Below are positions 28,208-38,646 of a DNA stretch of 64,000 nucleotides, piece by piece. A program made the position numbers and the translations under genes. Within the stretch, counting starts at the first letter, position 1, and each line of letters starts with the position of its first letter. Source of the stretch: Oligoflexales bacterium (lineage in GTDB: Bacteria; Bdellovibrionota_B; Oligoflexia; Oligoflexales; JALZUQ01); the NCBI GenBank assembly GCA_023301465.1, contig JALZUQ010000035.1, positions 320-64,319 on the forward strand. Reading direction: 5' to 3'. Below the pieces are notes generated by a model. The model was not told the origin of the DNA, made no database searches, and saw nothing but the letters and a program-made list of their open reading frames with translations.

Positions 28208-29046
28208 GTAACACCACATCAGAAATTGAAATCTTCATTGAATACTCGTTTAAGAAAGAAGCTGAAGCCTCAGAAATCATGATTCAAAGCAATAAATCTA
28301 TCATTTATATTACAGCGAGTAATGAGTATCGAACCCTTAAAAAAATTAATCCATTCAACATTAATGATATTAATAAATTTAGTTTAAGCCAAAATCAAAT
28401 TGCGTCTAAAAAAAACCCTAGTATTGGTGGAATTTTAAATAATAATATCCGTTGGCATTTGATAGCTCACCCAATAACGATTAATGACTACTGTATTCAA
28501 TTTCGGAAATTGAATTTTAGCCGTTTTAAACTTTCATCATTATTAAAAACAAAAACTTCACATTTTTTAAGTCATTCTATAGCAATGAAAAAAGGTTGCA
28601 TTTTTTTTGGTGAAACTTTCTCTGGAAAATCGACACTCTTACATGCAATGGTTAACCACTACCATGAATTACACAGGGTGATAATTCTTGAAAAATTTTC
28701 AGAGATATCTTCTTCGAACCCGCTATGGACTAACTTAAATTGTCACCAAAACCCTTTATCTGGCGGTAGTTCTTTCGACTTTGAATACTTACTCAAACAA
28801 ACCCAAAGACTCCGCCCAGACGTCATTGTAATCGGTGAAATTACTTCGTTTCAAAGTGATTTCTTTAAGCAACTGATGCATTCAGGGTTTCAAAAAATAT
28901 TCCTGACGGTACATGGATCCAACTTAGACGACGTCACTACAAAACTTCAAACCTCTGACAAAGAGTTATTAAAGTCTTTTTTGTTGTTTCATACAAAAAG
29001 AACTCGAGAAATTAGCTGCCTAAACCAAAAAGAATTGGAGAAGTGA
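28204..29046 (+). CDS. Minimal CpaF/VirB11-like secretion ATPase
   Basis: Walker A GETFSGKST, VIILE, QRLRPDVIVIGE, LTVHG; only 280 aa. Confidence 0.7.
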   Translation: MSNTTSEIEIFIEYSFKKEAEASEIMIQSNKSIIYITASNEYRTLKKINPFNINDINKFSLSQNQIASKKNPSIGGILNNNIRWHLIAHPITINDYCIQFRKLNFSRFKLSSLLKTKTSHFLSHSIAMKKGCIFFGETFSGKSTLLHAMVNHYHELHRVIILEKFSEISSSNPLWTNLNCHQNPLSGGSSFDFEYLLKQTQRLRPDVIVIGEITSFQSDFFKQLMHSGFQKIFLTVHGSNLDDVTTKLQTSDKELLKSFLLFHTKRTREISCLNQKELEK

Positions 29047-29115
29047 AAGCCAGGCTTTTCAAATTCAATCGCATAAAACAATATAAACACCTGTATTTAA
29101 AGAACTATTGCAAGC

Positions 29116-29143
29116 TTGCACATACACTGAAAGTCTATATAAT
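29116..29143 (+). promoter_or_regulatory. Putative sigma-70 promoter for rnc-der
   Basis: TTGCAC-N16-TATAAT. Confidence 0.5.
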
Positions 29144-29215
29144 GAGCAGCGGAAACGGCTCTTCACCATCAAATTTCATGAGAGATTCGATCGTAAAGGG
29201 CAGTAGGAAATAAAG

Positions 29216-30091
29216 ATGACTGCTGCGAATAAAACAAAAAAACTAAATAAATCAAAAATTTACGACCTCGTTGAGTCACGGTACGCTAGCACCTTCAAAA
29301 ACATCTCAAAACTAAAAAAACGAATTAAATACCAATTTAAAAACGAACACTTACTTATTGAGTCTCTAACCCATAGATCCGCGATCATTGAACTCCGATC
29401 TTTTTTAAAACAGAATATGGAAACCAAAGCAGATCCACTAAAAATCAGCAATAAGTTTGAAATTCCAAACAATGAACGCCTCGAGTTTTTAGGAGATTCA
29501 GTTCTCGGATTACTCATAAGCGATACACTTCTAAGAAGAATTGAGAGTTTTCCTGAAGGCGATCTTTCTAAAATACGAGCCTCTCTTGTAAATGAGCGAG
29601 TGCTTGCTGGGATTGGAAGAAAACTTGAAATTGGCCAATGCCTCATTCTTGGAAAGGGAGAATCAAAAGGAGGAGGACGAAACAAAAACTCTCTTCTTGC
29701 CGATGCACTAGAAGCTGTCATTGGAGCCGTTTATATTGATGGTGGAATTGGACCCTGCCATAAAATCATCAAAGCACTCTACAAGGATCAATTTTCTGGA
29801 GCTATAGACTTCCTGAGTAAGCTTGATTATAAAACTAGGCTACAAGAACTATCTCAGCAACTCTATAAAGAAACTCCAAAATATAAGATGATTGATAGCA
29901 CTGGACCAGACCATGCAAAAATATTTGAAGTAGAAGTTTCGATTCTTGGGCAAGTATACAGCACCGGAAACGGAGCCAGTAAAAAACTAGCCTCTCAGAT
30001 TGCAGCTGAAAAAGCATATAAAAAACTTAGCAAAATTCTTGCAAAGAATAGTCCTTCAAAAAAAACGAATAAGAAATCGGAGAAAAAGTGA
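29216..30091 (+). CDS. rnc: Ribonuclease III
   Basis: NERLEFLGDSVL, ADALEAVIGA, dsRBD DYKTRLQE...GPDHAKIF. Confidence 0.96.
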   Translation: MTAANKTKKLNKSKIYDLVESRYASTFKNISKLKKRIKYQFKNEHLLIESLTHRSAIIELRSFLKQNMETKADPLKISNKFEIPNNERLEFLGDSVLGLLISDTLLRRIESFPEGDLSKIRASLVNERVLAGIGRKLEIGQCLILGKGESKGGGRNKNSLLADALEAVIGAVYIDGGIGPCHKIIKALYKDQFSGAIDFLSKLDYKTRLQELSQQLYKETPKYKMIDSTGPDHAKIFEVEVSILGQVYSTGNGASKKLASQIAAEKAYKKLSKILAKNSPSKKTNKKSEKK

Positions 30092-31473
30092 GTTTAGGAT
30101 TAGTCAGTATTATTGGTAGACCAAATGTAGGTAAATCTACTTTGTTCAATAAAATAACCAAATCAAATAAAGCATTAGTTGACGACCAACCCGGAGTCAC
30201 AAGAGACACTATCTTTTCATACGCAAAGCACGATGACAAAGAGTTCTTACTTGTAGATACTGGTGGATTTGAAGAAGGCGATTTTTGTTTCCAACCCTTT
30301 TCGACTAACCTTGTCTGGCAACAAACTGTCGCTAGTATTGAACAATCTGACATGCTCATATGTTTATTTGATGGAAAATCAGGATTAAACGCTCATGATG
30401 CAGAACTTGTTAAAATTGCTAGAGAGTCCGAAAAACCCGTCATCTACGCTGTCAATAAGCTTGATTCTGAAAAACTAGAGCATCACGCATTAGAGTTCTA
30501 TCAACTTGGCATAGATAGTTTTGTACATATTTCTGCAGCTCATAACCGTGGAATCTATGAGCTATGCGATCACATTATTGAAAACTTTGAAAAGCTAGAT
30601 AGAGTAAATGACTCTGGTTCATCTAGTGAAGAACTCAGAAGAATGTCTATTGTGGGACGACCAAATGTCGGAAAATCATCACTTCTTAACAGGTTAGTGG
30701 GTACAACGCGATCAATTGTAAGCCCAGTATCTGGCACAACAAGAGACCCCGTTGATACAGATATGAAATATAATAATAAAAAATATCGTATTGTAGATAC
30801 TGCTGGTATGAGACGTAGAACAAAAATTCATGATAAACTAGAAATTCTCAGCTCTATTCGTAGCTTTCAAAGTATTAAAAACTCCGACCTAGTTGTTGTC
30901 GTCATTGACGCACAAGATGGCTTTACTGACCAAGATGCAAGACTGGTGGGCTTTGCAATGCAAGAACATAAACCCACAATGATTATCATCAATAAATGGG
31001 ACTTAATGACAAACAAAACCACAAACCTTCAAAAAGAAGTCGTGAAATCTATTAAGCTGCAATTAGGGCAATATCAATATATTCCTATTTATTTTATGTC
31101 ATGTATTAATAACTACCGTGTCCATCAAACCATGCAATATGTAGAAAAACTGTGGAACGAATCTTCAAAGAGAGTTCAAACTGCAAAAGTAAATGAAGCT
31201 TTATTAAGCATTACAAACAAACACACGCCAGCAATGAATAAGAGTATGCTCAAACGCCCACGTTTTTATTATGCTACTCAGTTTGGAACCATGCCTCCAC
31301 GGTTTATCATTAAATGTAATGTTGCTAGTCTTCTGCAGGAATCTTATAAAAAGTTTATTAATAAGCAGTTCAAACAAATGCTACAGTTTCCTAACGTGCC
31401 GATTAAGCTTGTCTTCAGAGATAAGAAAGCAGATAAAGTTCGTGCTGAGAATAAGGTTCCCGCGAGACGTTAG
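30088..31473 (+). CDS. der: Ribosome biogenesis GTPase Der
   Basis: Two GRPNVGKS G-domains, DTGG/DTAG, NKLD/NKWD. Confidence 0.96.
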   Translation: MSLGLVSIIGRPNVGKSTLFNKITKSNKALVDDQPGVTRDTIFSYAKHDDKEFLLVDTGGFEEGDFCFQPFSTNLVWQQTVASIEQSDMLICLFDGKSGLNAHDAELVKIARESEKPVIYAVNKLDSEKLEHHALEFYQLGIDSFVHISAAHNRGIYELCDHIIENFEKLDRVNDSGSSSEELRRMSIVGRPNVGKSSLLNRLVGTTRSIVSPVSGTTRDPVDTDMKYNNKKYRIVDTAGMRRRTKIHDKLEILSSIRSFQSIKNSDLVVVVIDAQDGFTDQDARLVGFAMQEHKPTMIIINKWDLMTNKTTNLQKEVVKSIKLQLGQYQYIPIYFMSCINNYRVHQTMQYVEKLWNESSKRVQTAKVNEALLSITNKHTPAMNKSMLKRPRFYYATQFGTMPPRFIIKCNVASLLQESYKKFINKQFKQMLQFPNVPIKLVFRDKKADKVRAENKVPARR

Positions 31474-31562
31474 GATTCGAACTACTGAAGAACATAAATG
31501 ATTATCACCTTCAAACCTCCTTACTATTTATATAGAATGATATGGTGTCATAACTAACTAGG

Positions 31563-32084
31563 ATGAATTTCACCATGCGTGTATATCTAGCTGAAACCAC
31601 AGAAGACGAGTGGCAGACCCTCACCTTTGAAGGAAATGCCGATCAACAGCTTAAAACCCAAGTGCCTGAAATAATTGATTATATAATTGACAAAACCATA
31701 CTGGATATTGGCAAGGTACAATCCATGGACCAAGACGGCATTCATAGCTGGCTTGAAATAATACATACGATGGATCCTGAAAAAAGAGTTTCCATTAGTA
31801 ATTGCCCAAGCCACTTCATAGACAAAGTAAACCTCATCCCCCAACTGTTAGATAATCTGCAGTTAACATCTTTATATTTGCCTGTTAATTGCACAAGCTG
31901 CAAAGGGCAGTTTGAAATTCTCTTCGAAGATTTTGAGCTCTTAAGCTCAGAAGAAGCTAGTGAGTTTATTTCAAAAGAAGAGTGCTCTAAGTGCAATGAA
32001 AAAAACCTAAAACCAATAGTCGATTTAAAAATTTTCTTAGGTTTTCACACAACAAAAAAAAGGAATCCTAATGCAAAAAAATGA
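31563..32084 (+). CDS. STAS-like protein with C-terminal Zn ribbon
   Basis: ILDIGKVQSMDQDGIHSW, NCPSHFI; CTSC...CSKC. Confidence 0.55.
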   Translation: MNFTMRVYLAETTEDEWQTLTFEGNADQQLKTQVPEIIDYIIDKTILDIGKVQSMDQDGIHSWLEIIHTMDPEKRVSISNCPSHFIDKVNLIPQLLDNLQLTSLYLPVNCTSCKGQFEILFEDFELLSSEEASEFISKEECSKCNEKNLKPIVDLKIFLGFHTTKKRNPNAKK

Positions 32085-32748
32085 AAACCCTCTCATTAGC
32101 ATAGTATTTAATATTGTCATACCATCGCTTATTTTATCAAAACTCAGTGAACAGCTTGGACCTTTACTTTGCCTCATTGTAGCCCTTCTTTTTCCTTTAA
32201 TTTACGGCCTTATCGACCTATGGAAACAAAAAAAGACCAATATGATTTCAGTATTGGGAATGCTGAATGTTTTACTAACTGGAGGGATTGGCTTGTTTCA
32301 GGTTGATAACTTTTGGTTTGCTGTCAAAGAGGCTGCTGTTCCAGCATTAATTGGAATTTTTGTTTTATTTACGGCTTCTTCAAGCAACCCGATCATGAAA
32401 ATGTTTATTTATAACGATTTATTATTTCAAAAAGAAAATATAGAAAACAAACTACAAGAGCTATTTCAAATGGAAAAATTTGACTCGTTACTTGTAAAGA
32501 TAACTTACTGGATCGGAGCATCCTTTTTTCTAAGTGCTATCTTGAACTTTGTATTTGCTAAATACTATGTAGTGAGTGCTCCCGGCTCCGAAGCTTTTAA
32601 CAACGAAGTTGGAAAATTTATGATTGTGAGTTTTATTGTTATTTCACTGCCGTGTACAGTCATTTTAATGATTGCTTTTTGGAAACTCATAAAAGGTATC
32701 CAAAGTTTAACTGGAATGAAGCAAGAGGAAATTTTAAAGGTTAAATAG
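32071..32748 (+). CDS. VC0807-like membrane protein
   Basis: NIVIPSLIL, LLTGGIGL, WFAVKEAAVP, PGSEAFN.E. Confidence 0.7.
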   Translation: MQKNENPLISIVFNIVIPSLILSKLSEQLGPLLCLIVALLFPLIYGLIDLWKQKKTNMISVLGMLNVLLTGGIGLFQVDNFWFAVKEAAVPALIGIFVLFTASSSNPIMKMFIYNDLLFQKENIENKLQELFQMEKFDSLLVKITYWIGASFFLSAILNFVFAKYYVVSAPGSEAFNNEVGKFMIVSFIVISLPCTVILMIAFWKLIKGIQSLTGMKQEEILKVK

Positions 32749-32749
32749 C

Positions 32750-32992
32750 CTAAACTGCTACTTTAGAATCTGAAGATTGAGTAAAAACTCTACCAACAAG
32801 ACCATCAATTTCTTTTGAGCGATCTATGAGTACTTCACGTAAATCCCAGTAACACTCTTCACACATTGGAGATTCATGATCTGTAAATGAGACTTCTTCC
32901 CACGCAACTAATACAGACCATGCCGTAGAAGAAAATTCTCTAGAAATTGATTTTTTTTGCTTTGAGCATACTGCACAACATTTAGCTCCCAT
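32750..32992 (-). CDS. Small hypothetical Zn-binding protein
   Basis: CAVC...CEEC; GGGGA RBS. Confidence 0.55.
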   Translation of the reverse strand: MGAKCCAVCSKQKKSISREFSSTAWSVLVAWEEVSFTDHESPMCEECYWDLREVLIDRSKEIDGLVGRVFTQSSDSKVAV

Positions 32993-33084
32993 TTTATCCC
33001 CCTAAATGAGCAAACTAACCCGAATTACATTAGTCATGTGAAACGATCTAGAAAGAATATGAAGGACATGAGGATTATTGTCAA

Positions 33085-33108
33085 TAAAAAACTGACTGGC
33101 CGGTCAGC
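33085..33108 (-). terminator. Probable intrinsic terminator downstream of TPR gene
   Basis: Minus strand GCTGAC-CGGCCA-GTCAGT followed by T-run; could alternatively be a palindromic operator. Confidence 0.5.
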
Positions 33109-33159
33109 AAAAGAACAAGCAGCCAAAATACTATATGCCATAGCTTACGAGAAGGGCTA

Positions 33160-35478
33160 TTAGTTATACACCTTAATATCAACATTTTCCACTGACGCAG
33201 GCTCACCGTAATATAGTCTTAAAATATCTTTTTTAAACTCGTGTTCTTTTATTGAGTCTACCTGAGAAGAGATCAAAGGCTTCCATATTTTTTTGCCCAC
33301 ATCTTGTGATCCTGACCTCATATGAAATAAACCTTTAATGTATTTATTGGTAAAGCTCTCAGAATGTAACTCATGTAAAACAGGTTTTACTTTTTTGGTT
33401 TGACCTTGTTTTAAATAACATAAAGCCAATGTTTGATATATATTTTCTCTATCAGAGTCTGTTGCCTTATCGTGCTCGATACACATCAATGAATACTCTA
33501 TCGCTTTTTGAGTTTCACGCCCCATCATCATTAAGCATTCAGCCATACTTGCATATGTTTTATAAAAAACATAATCATACTTATCTCTAGAAAAATCAAA
33601 TATTAACTTAAACCAGTTATAAGCACTTTCTAACTGATTCATAGATTTATAAAGCATACCGATCGTTAGGTATAAACCTGGATGATCATAATTTGTATTC
33701 AGTAATTTTGTAAGATCGCTGATACATTTATCTTCGTAAAACTCCTTCGCACACATTAAAAGTAAGTCTAAACTATTATCATTTCCTTTTTGATAAAGAA
33801 AAAATAGTTTTGACCGGAGATAAGCTAATTGAAAATGCCTATGTTCAAATACAGTACAAGTTTCTTTATAATAGTCTTCCCAGTCCATTGCTTTTAAATA
33901 CTTAAAAATCTCAGGGTCAGATTTAAAGGTTTTTTTTCCATCAGTGTACGAGTCTTCAGAAGCTAGTTCTAAATTGTCTATTTGGTGCTGTAAAAAAGCT
34001 ATATTCCAAGGGTCTTGTTTTAAATTTATATCCATTAACTGAATAGCTTCAGTATATTTACCAACACTGTTATAACATATTGATTTTACCCAATTATATC
34101 TATCAGAAGCTTCCGTTGATTTTATAAACTTCACGTCAACTTCGTCTAGAACATCCATTGCTTCAGAGTAAAGTGACTCACCAAGCAAATACTCTGCAAA
34201 ATTAACTTTCGTGATAGAGCCAAGAGGATCACAATCTAGCATTTTCTCAAAATGAAATTTTCTTTTTACTTGGCTTTGCAACCTAGTAAAAACTTGAGCA
34301 GCTGCAAAATGAACTTCATAATCTTTATCATAAAGCCGCATCAATTTACTCACATCTTCAAGTAAATAAAATCCATTGGATTCTGTATCCAATGCAGTTA
34401 GCAATTTGTCACGAAGATAGAGATATTCTTCAATGTCAACATTCTGCTGCTTTAATCTTGAAATCAATAGACACAATCTAATGCTATCATTATTTGGGAA
34501 TTCTTTATAAAAATTTATAAAAATTTCTTCAGCTGATTTTGGAGGAATACTAGTAAGTATTTGCATTGCCATTTTTGACACAAGAGCATCATTTTTAATA
34601 TCGTATTTTATGATACATTTATAAATATTAATCGCTTGATGTAAAAAGTTATTCTCTTCTAGTATTTTTGCTACAAAAACAGCTACATTAAACTGAGACG
34701 GCTCATAGTATTGCACCAATGAATTAACTTTATCAAACGCCTCTAATTGAAAAGATTTTGATTCTTCGACATTACCATTTTTAAAAGAGATCTTACTTAA
34801 GTAAAGAGATTCGAAAATTTTAATTTCATCAGGACAGTAATTTTTATTATCTTCCCACCACTTCGATAAACTTAAAATTGCTTTTTTAGCATATGTAAAC
34901 TCTTCTCTTTCCATGAAAAACTTTGCTAAGAAACGATGTGTTTCAATATTTCCGTAAACACTATATGGGGATTTTTTTTCATACATATAAAAATAATTAT
35001 CGCCTTTTTTCATATCCCCTAATTGATAATGAATTTGTGATAAAGCAAAAAACGCTGGATACCATTCCTGGTTTATTTTAATAACTTCACCGTAGCACTT
35101 TTGTGCTTCATTTAATGATTTCATTTTTTCAAAACAAATCCCACGGCAATATTGCACGACTGCTTGATCAAATTGATCATCATTTAATATGTTTTTATTG
35201 ATGTCATCTAAAATAAAATCAGGGTCTTGATGAGCACTGACAAGAGAAACCATATGATTTACCAAATCATTTGACCAAGCTTTTTCTTTTATTTGTTGTA
35301 CAAATAATTCAAAATCACCTAATTTATTTTCTAATTCGGCAAGTCGTAAAATCACTAAATAGTTTGGTGAATCCATGCTACTTGATATAAGCTCATACAA
35401 AATCTCTTTTGCTTTCTTATACTCTCCAACAAAAATCAACTTATTGGACTCTTCTAATTTTTTCTGCCAGCTATCCAT
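33160..35478 (-). CDS. Tetratricopeptide repeat protein
   Basis: Repeated TPR-like helices (e.g. YCRGICFEKMKSLNEAQKCY, LTIGMLYKSMNQLESAYNWF). Confidence 0.75.
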   Translation of the reverse strand: MDSWQKKLEESNKLIFVGEYKKAKEILYELISSSMDSPNYLVILRLAELENKLGDFELFVQQIKEKAWSNDLVNHMVSLVSAHQDPDFILDDINKNILNDDQFDQAVVQYCRGICFEKMKSLNEAQKCYGEVIKINQEWYPAFFALSQIHYQLGDMKKGDNYFYMYEKKSPYSVYGNIETHRFLAKFFMEREEFTYAKKAILSLSKWWEDNKNYCPDEIKIFESLYLSKISFKNGNVEESKSFQLEAFDKVNSLVQYYEPSQFNVAVFVAKILEENNFLHQAINIYKCIIKYDIKNDALVSKMAMQILTSIPPKSAEEIFINFYKEFPNNDSIRLCLLISRLKQQNVDIEEYLYLRDKLLTALDTESNGFYLLEDVSKLMRLYDKDYEVHFAAAQVFTRLQSQVKRKFHFEKMLDCDPLGSITKVNFAEYLLGESLYSEAMDVLDEVDVKFIKSTEASDRYNWVKSICYNSVGKYTEAIQLMDINLKQDPWNIAFLQHQIDNLELASEDSYTDGKKTFKSDPEIFKYLKAMDWEDYYKETCTVFEHRHFQLAYLRSKLFFLYQKGNDNSLDLLLMCAKEFYEDKCISDLTKLLNTNYDHPGLYLTIGMLYKSMNQLESAYNWFKLIFDFSRDKYDYVFYKTYASMAECLMMMGRETQKAIEYSLMCIEHDKATDSDRENIYQTLALCYLKQGQTKKVKPVLHELHSESFTNKYIKGLFHMRSGSQDVGKKIWKPLISSQVDSIKEHEFKKDILRLYYGEPASVENVDIKVYN

Positions 35479-35581
35479 GTAATGGTTCCTTTTTTCCTAT
35501 AGGAACTATCGACCTAGCAGCAATATTCTTAATAAATTCGCTAAATTAATTTTTTGATAATTGAAGAAAACAATGGAATTA

Positions 35582-36496
35582 TTAATTAAAATTGGTCCAT
35601 TTGTGATATTGCCAAAGCCACTGAGCGGGGTACTCTTTTACTTTTTTTTCGAATTCTGAGGCCAAAAATTGTGTCATTGCATTGACATCATTCATTTTAT
35701 TACCAAGATCGAGGTAATTCGAGTGCAATGAATACTTAAAGCGACCTTCTCGAAGACAATACATCTCACCAATCTCAGCACCCGTTTTTCTAGCAAATAA
35801 AGCCGGCCCAGAAACAAAGTCTGTCTCATAACCTAAAAAATTAACTTGCGGACCTTTTCTATTTTTAGATTTTTGATCAAAAACAAACCCAACTGCTTGA
35901 TTGTTTTTTAAAGCTTTCAAAATTGATTTATAAGAACCAAGATCAGACTCTACCCAAAGTATACGAGTCGCATTCTTTGATCTCATTTTATCTAAAACGT
36001 AGTTTGCCCATAAATATTTTGTTGGCTTTGCCAGTAGCAACGGGTTTTTAAACCCCTCAAGTAAATCACTTAAAAGCTCCCAAGCTCCTATATGGCCAGT
36101 AATGAGAATAGTGGGTTTCTCCGTAGGAATATGTTCAGAAATTTTGTGGTTTGATTTATCAAACTTAATTTTATTAGACCACATCATCCCAACAAATGAT
36201 TCTATGGTGCAATGTACTTGGTGTTTTATATATTCTTTTTTAAATTGATAATATTCTCGGCTCTTAGGTTTATAACCGAGAACATGAAAAACATTTCTAT
36301 CAAAGTAACGAGAAGGACTAAAGTCAATCATAACAAGAAGGCTTGAAATGCAACATGCTAAATATGAATATAGAACACTAGGTAAACAAGTACCTATCTT
36401 CAATAGTAGAAAAACTATTTCACCAATAAGCTTGCTAAGAAAAGGTGTTTTCATAGAATTCATTTGCTTTATAAGAAGACCTAATGAGCGGACCAC
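35582..36496 (-). CDS. Lipid A / lysophospholipid acyltransferase (LpxL-like)
   Basis: TGHIGAWEL, FVFDQ, V.FLG, YPAQWLWQYHKW; start uncertain. Confidence 0.85.
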   Translation of the reverse strand: MVRSLGLLIKQMNSMKTPFLSKLIGEIVFLLLKIGTCLPSVLYSYLACCISSLLVMIDFSPSRYFDRNVFHVLGYKPKSREYYQFKKEYIKHQVHCTIESFVGMMWSNKIKFDKSNHKISEHIPTEKPTILITGHIGAWELLSDLLEGFKNPLLLAKPTKYLWANYVLDKMRSKNATRILWVESDLGSYKSILKALKNNQAVGFVFDQKSKNRKGPQVNFLGYETDFVSGPALFARKTGAEIGEMYCLREGRFKYSLHSNYLDLGNKMNDVNAMTQFLASEFEKKVKEYPAQWLWQYHKWTNFN

Positions 36497-37328
36497 TCAC
36501 AACACCAGCAAGTCCCTCGCTTAACGCAAACTCATTTAACACATCAAACTCTTCAGGAGAATACCACTTTTTAACCGTCAAATGTTTTGGTGTCGGCCTC
36601 ATATATTGACCAATGGTTAATAACTTAACTCCAACACTTTTTAAGTCTTTAATGGTTTGTTTGATTTCATCATCTGACTCACCAAGACCCAGCATGATAC
36701 TTGATTTTGTAACAAGGTTTGGTTTTTGAGTTCTAACATAATTTAATACATCCAGAGTTTGCTTGTATCCAGCACGTGCATCACGAACTCGGTTTGTTAA
36801 TCTTTCAACTGTTTCAATGTTTTGAGCAAAAACAGTGAGCGGACTTTCAATCACTGTATTCAAGGATTTTTTATTAAATTTGAAATCTCCAGAAAGTAAT
36901 TCGATTTTAATCTTAGGGACTTCTTCTTTTGTTTTTGAGATGACCTGTTCGAGATGTGAGGCACCTCCATCTGGTAAATCATCTCGATTCACCATGGTTA
37001 AAACCACATAGTTTAAACCCATTTTTTTGCAATTACTTGCGACTTCTTTTGCTTCTGATTGATCTAAAGAGGGAGGTGTTGAAGAGGTTTTAATATGACA
37101 AAACCTACATGCTCTCGTGCAAGTATCTCCCATCACCATAAAGGTAGCGGTTCTAGTATTCCAGCACTCGCCAATATTCGGGCATTTTGCTTCTTCACAC
37201 ACAGTATGGAGCTTTGACTCCCGTAATGAGCGTTTAATTTCAAAATATGTTTTTCCAGTTGGAATTTTTGTCTTTAGCCACGCGGGCTTACGAGCCTCTG
37301 GACCTCTACCGTTGTTCATGATATCCAC
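36435..37328 (-). CDS. lipA: Lipoyl synthase
   Basis: CEEAKCPNIGECW, CTRACRFC, GQYMRPT, RSSY. Confidence 0.97.
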   Translation of the reverse strand: MDIMNNGRGPEARKPAWLKTKIPTGKTYFEIKRSLRESKLHTVCEEAKCPNIGECWNTRTATFMVMGDTCTRACRFCHIKTSSTPPSLDQSEAKEVASNCKKMGLNYVVLTMVNRDDLPDGGASHLEQVISKTKEEVPKIKIELLSGDFKFNKKSLNTVIESPLTVFAQNIETVERLTNRVRDARAGYKQTLDVLNYVRTQKPNLVTKSSIMLGLGESDDEIKQTIKDLKSVGVKLLTIGQYMRPTPKHLTVKKWYSPEEFDVLNEFALSEGLAGVVSGPLIRSSYKANEFYENTFS

Positions 37329-37349
37329 ACCTTGTTATAAGGATAAAAT

Positions 37350-38393
37350 ATGTCTTCTTCAAAGTCTCTTCATACCACATTTACAGATATTATTCTGAGC
37401 AAATGGCTAGAAATTGCAGACCATTTGCCCAAAAAGTATCAAAATAGCCAGATTGATAACATCGAAACCTTGTGGGAAATTTATACAAGACAACAAGGGG
37501 GGATTAGAACAAACCTCCTCAATACAGAGAAACATGCATGGGCCTATTTTTTTGGCTTCCACCTCAGTAACTGCTGGAGATTATTGAACTTATTAGACAG
37601 AGGCCTTCCCCCAAAACACGAGTCTTTTTGGCAAAAAAGTATGGATATCATTGATTTAGGAGCTGGGACAGGTTCAGGAACACAAACACTCCACGCATGG
37701 CTCAAATCTCATAAATATAGTGGGGAGCTGAGATCTACTTTAGTGGACTCTTCAAAAATTCTCCTCCAAAAAGCAAAACTCATTAATAGTGAGTTAAACT
37801 CAAAAACGATACGCTGTCTCATTCAAGATTACGATCTTAGAGCAAATAGGCCTAACACAACTCAAGTTTATATCTTGTCATATGTTTGTAATGAAATCAC
37901 AAAAGATGAAAAGTTGAGTGCTAGGCTCATCCATCAATTTAAAAATAAAATAAAATCTGGAGATGATTTTCATATCATTATTCTTGATAGTTCACATGAT
38001 GCAACTCATCGTGGAATGATTCATTTTAGAGATGCACTATGTGATATCGGATTAAAAATTCAATTTCCCTGCCCAAAGTCAGAAGAGTGTCCCATCATTA
38101 ATAGAATTCATTATCGCGACAGATGTTTTATGAACGCACATACAACTCCACCAAAAAAACTTTTACAGACACTCAAAAAATATAATCGTGATTCTTTAAA
38201 TTTTGATTTCATGGGTTTTGTTTTTTCTTCTAATCAAACTCAAAAAGCGATCCACAATAAATTGATAGGTCAGGTTGGCAATGAAAAATATATGGAATGC
38301 AATGGTTCCACAATTGAATACACCAATATCAAAAATCTTGATTTTGTTCGCGGAATGGACACTCCATCACCAGAATCAAAACCCAAGAGCTGA
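37350..38393 (+). CDS. Rsm22-like SAM-dependent methyltransferase
   Basis: IIDLGAGTGS, LSYVCNE, FPCPKSEECP. Confidence 0.7.
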   Translation: MSSSKSLHTTFTDIILSKWLEIADHLPKKYQNSQIDNIETLWEIYTRQQGGIRTNLLNTEKHAWAYFFGFHLSNCWRLLNLLDRGLPPKHESFWQKSMDIIDLGAGTGSGTQTLHAWLKSHKYSGELRSTLVDSSKILLQKAKLINSELNSKTIRCLIQDYDLRANRPNTTQVYILSYVCNEITKDEKLSARLIHQFKNKIKSGDDFHIIILDSSHDATHRGMIHFRDALCDIGLKIQFPCPKSEECPIINRIHYRDRCFMNAHTTPPKKLLQTLKKYNRDSLNFDFMGFVFSSNQTQKAIHNKLIGQVGNEKYMECNGSTIEYTNIKNLDFVRGMDTPSPESKPKS

Positions 38394-38646
38394 ATCAAAA
38401 AGAAGCTCTGAACCCCATAAAACAAGCTCTTAGCATGAGCTTATAAAGTTTTGATCGCTTTTTATGAACTTTGAATAGCCCATTATCTTTAGCTTTTTTA
38501 CCCTTATTTAGGGCTTCGTGGAATTTGAGAGAGTTTCTCATTTGATTCTCAATTTCTAACAGAGGTATAATTAAGTATATCCACTTTAACACAACTTATT
38601 TGGTTACTGAGAACTTCAGTTCCAAGCACTAATTTTTCGGAGCATC

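Noticed and set aside
38395-38592. 65-aa minus-strand ORF between the methyltransferase and the sigma-54 activator
   Set aside because: No RBS or motif; more likely the promoter region of the activator.
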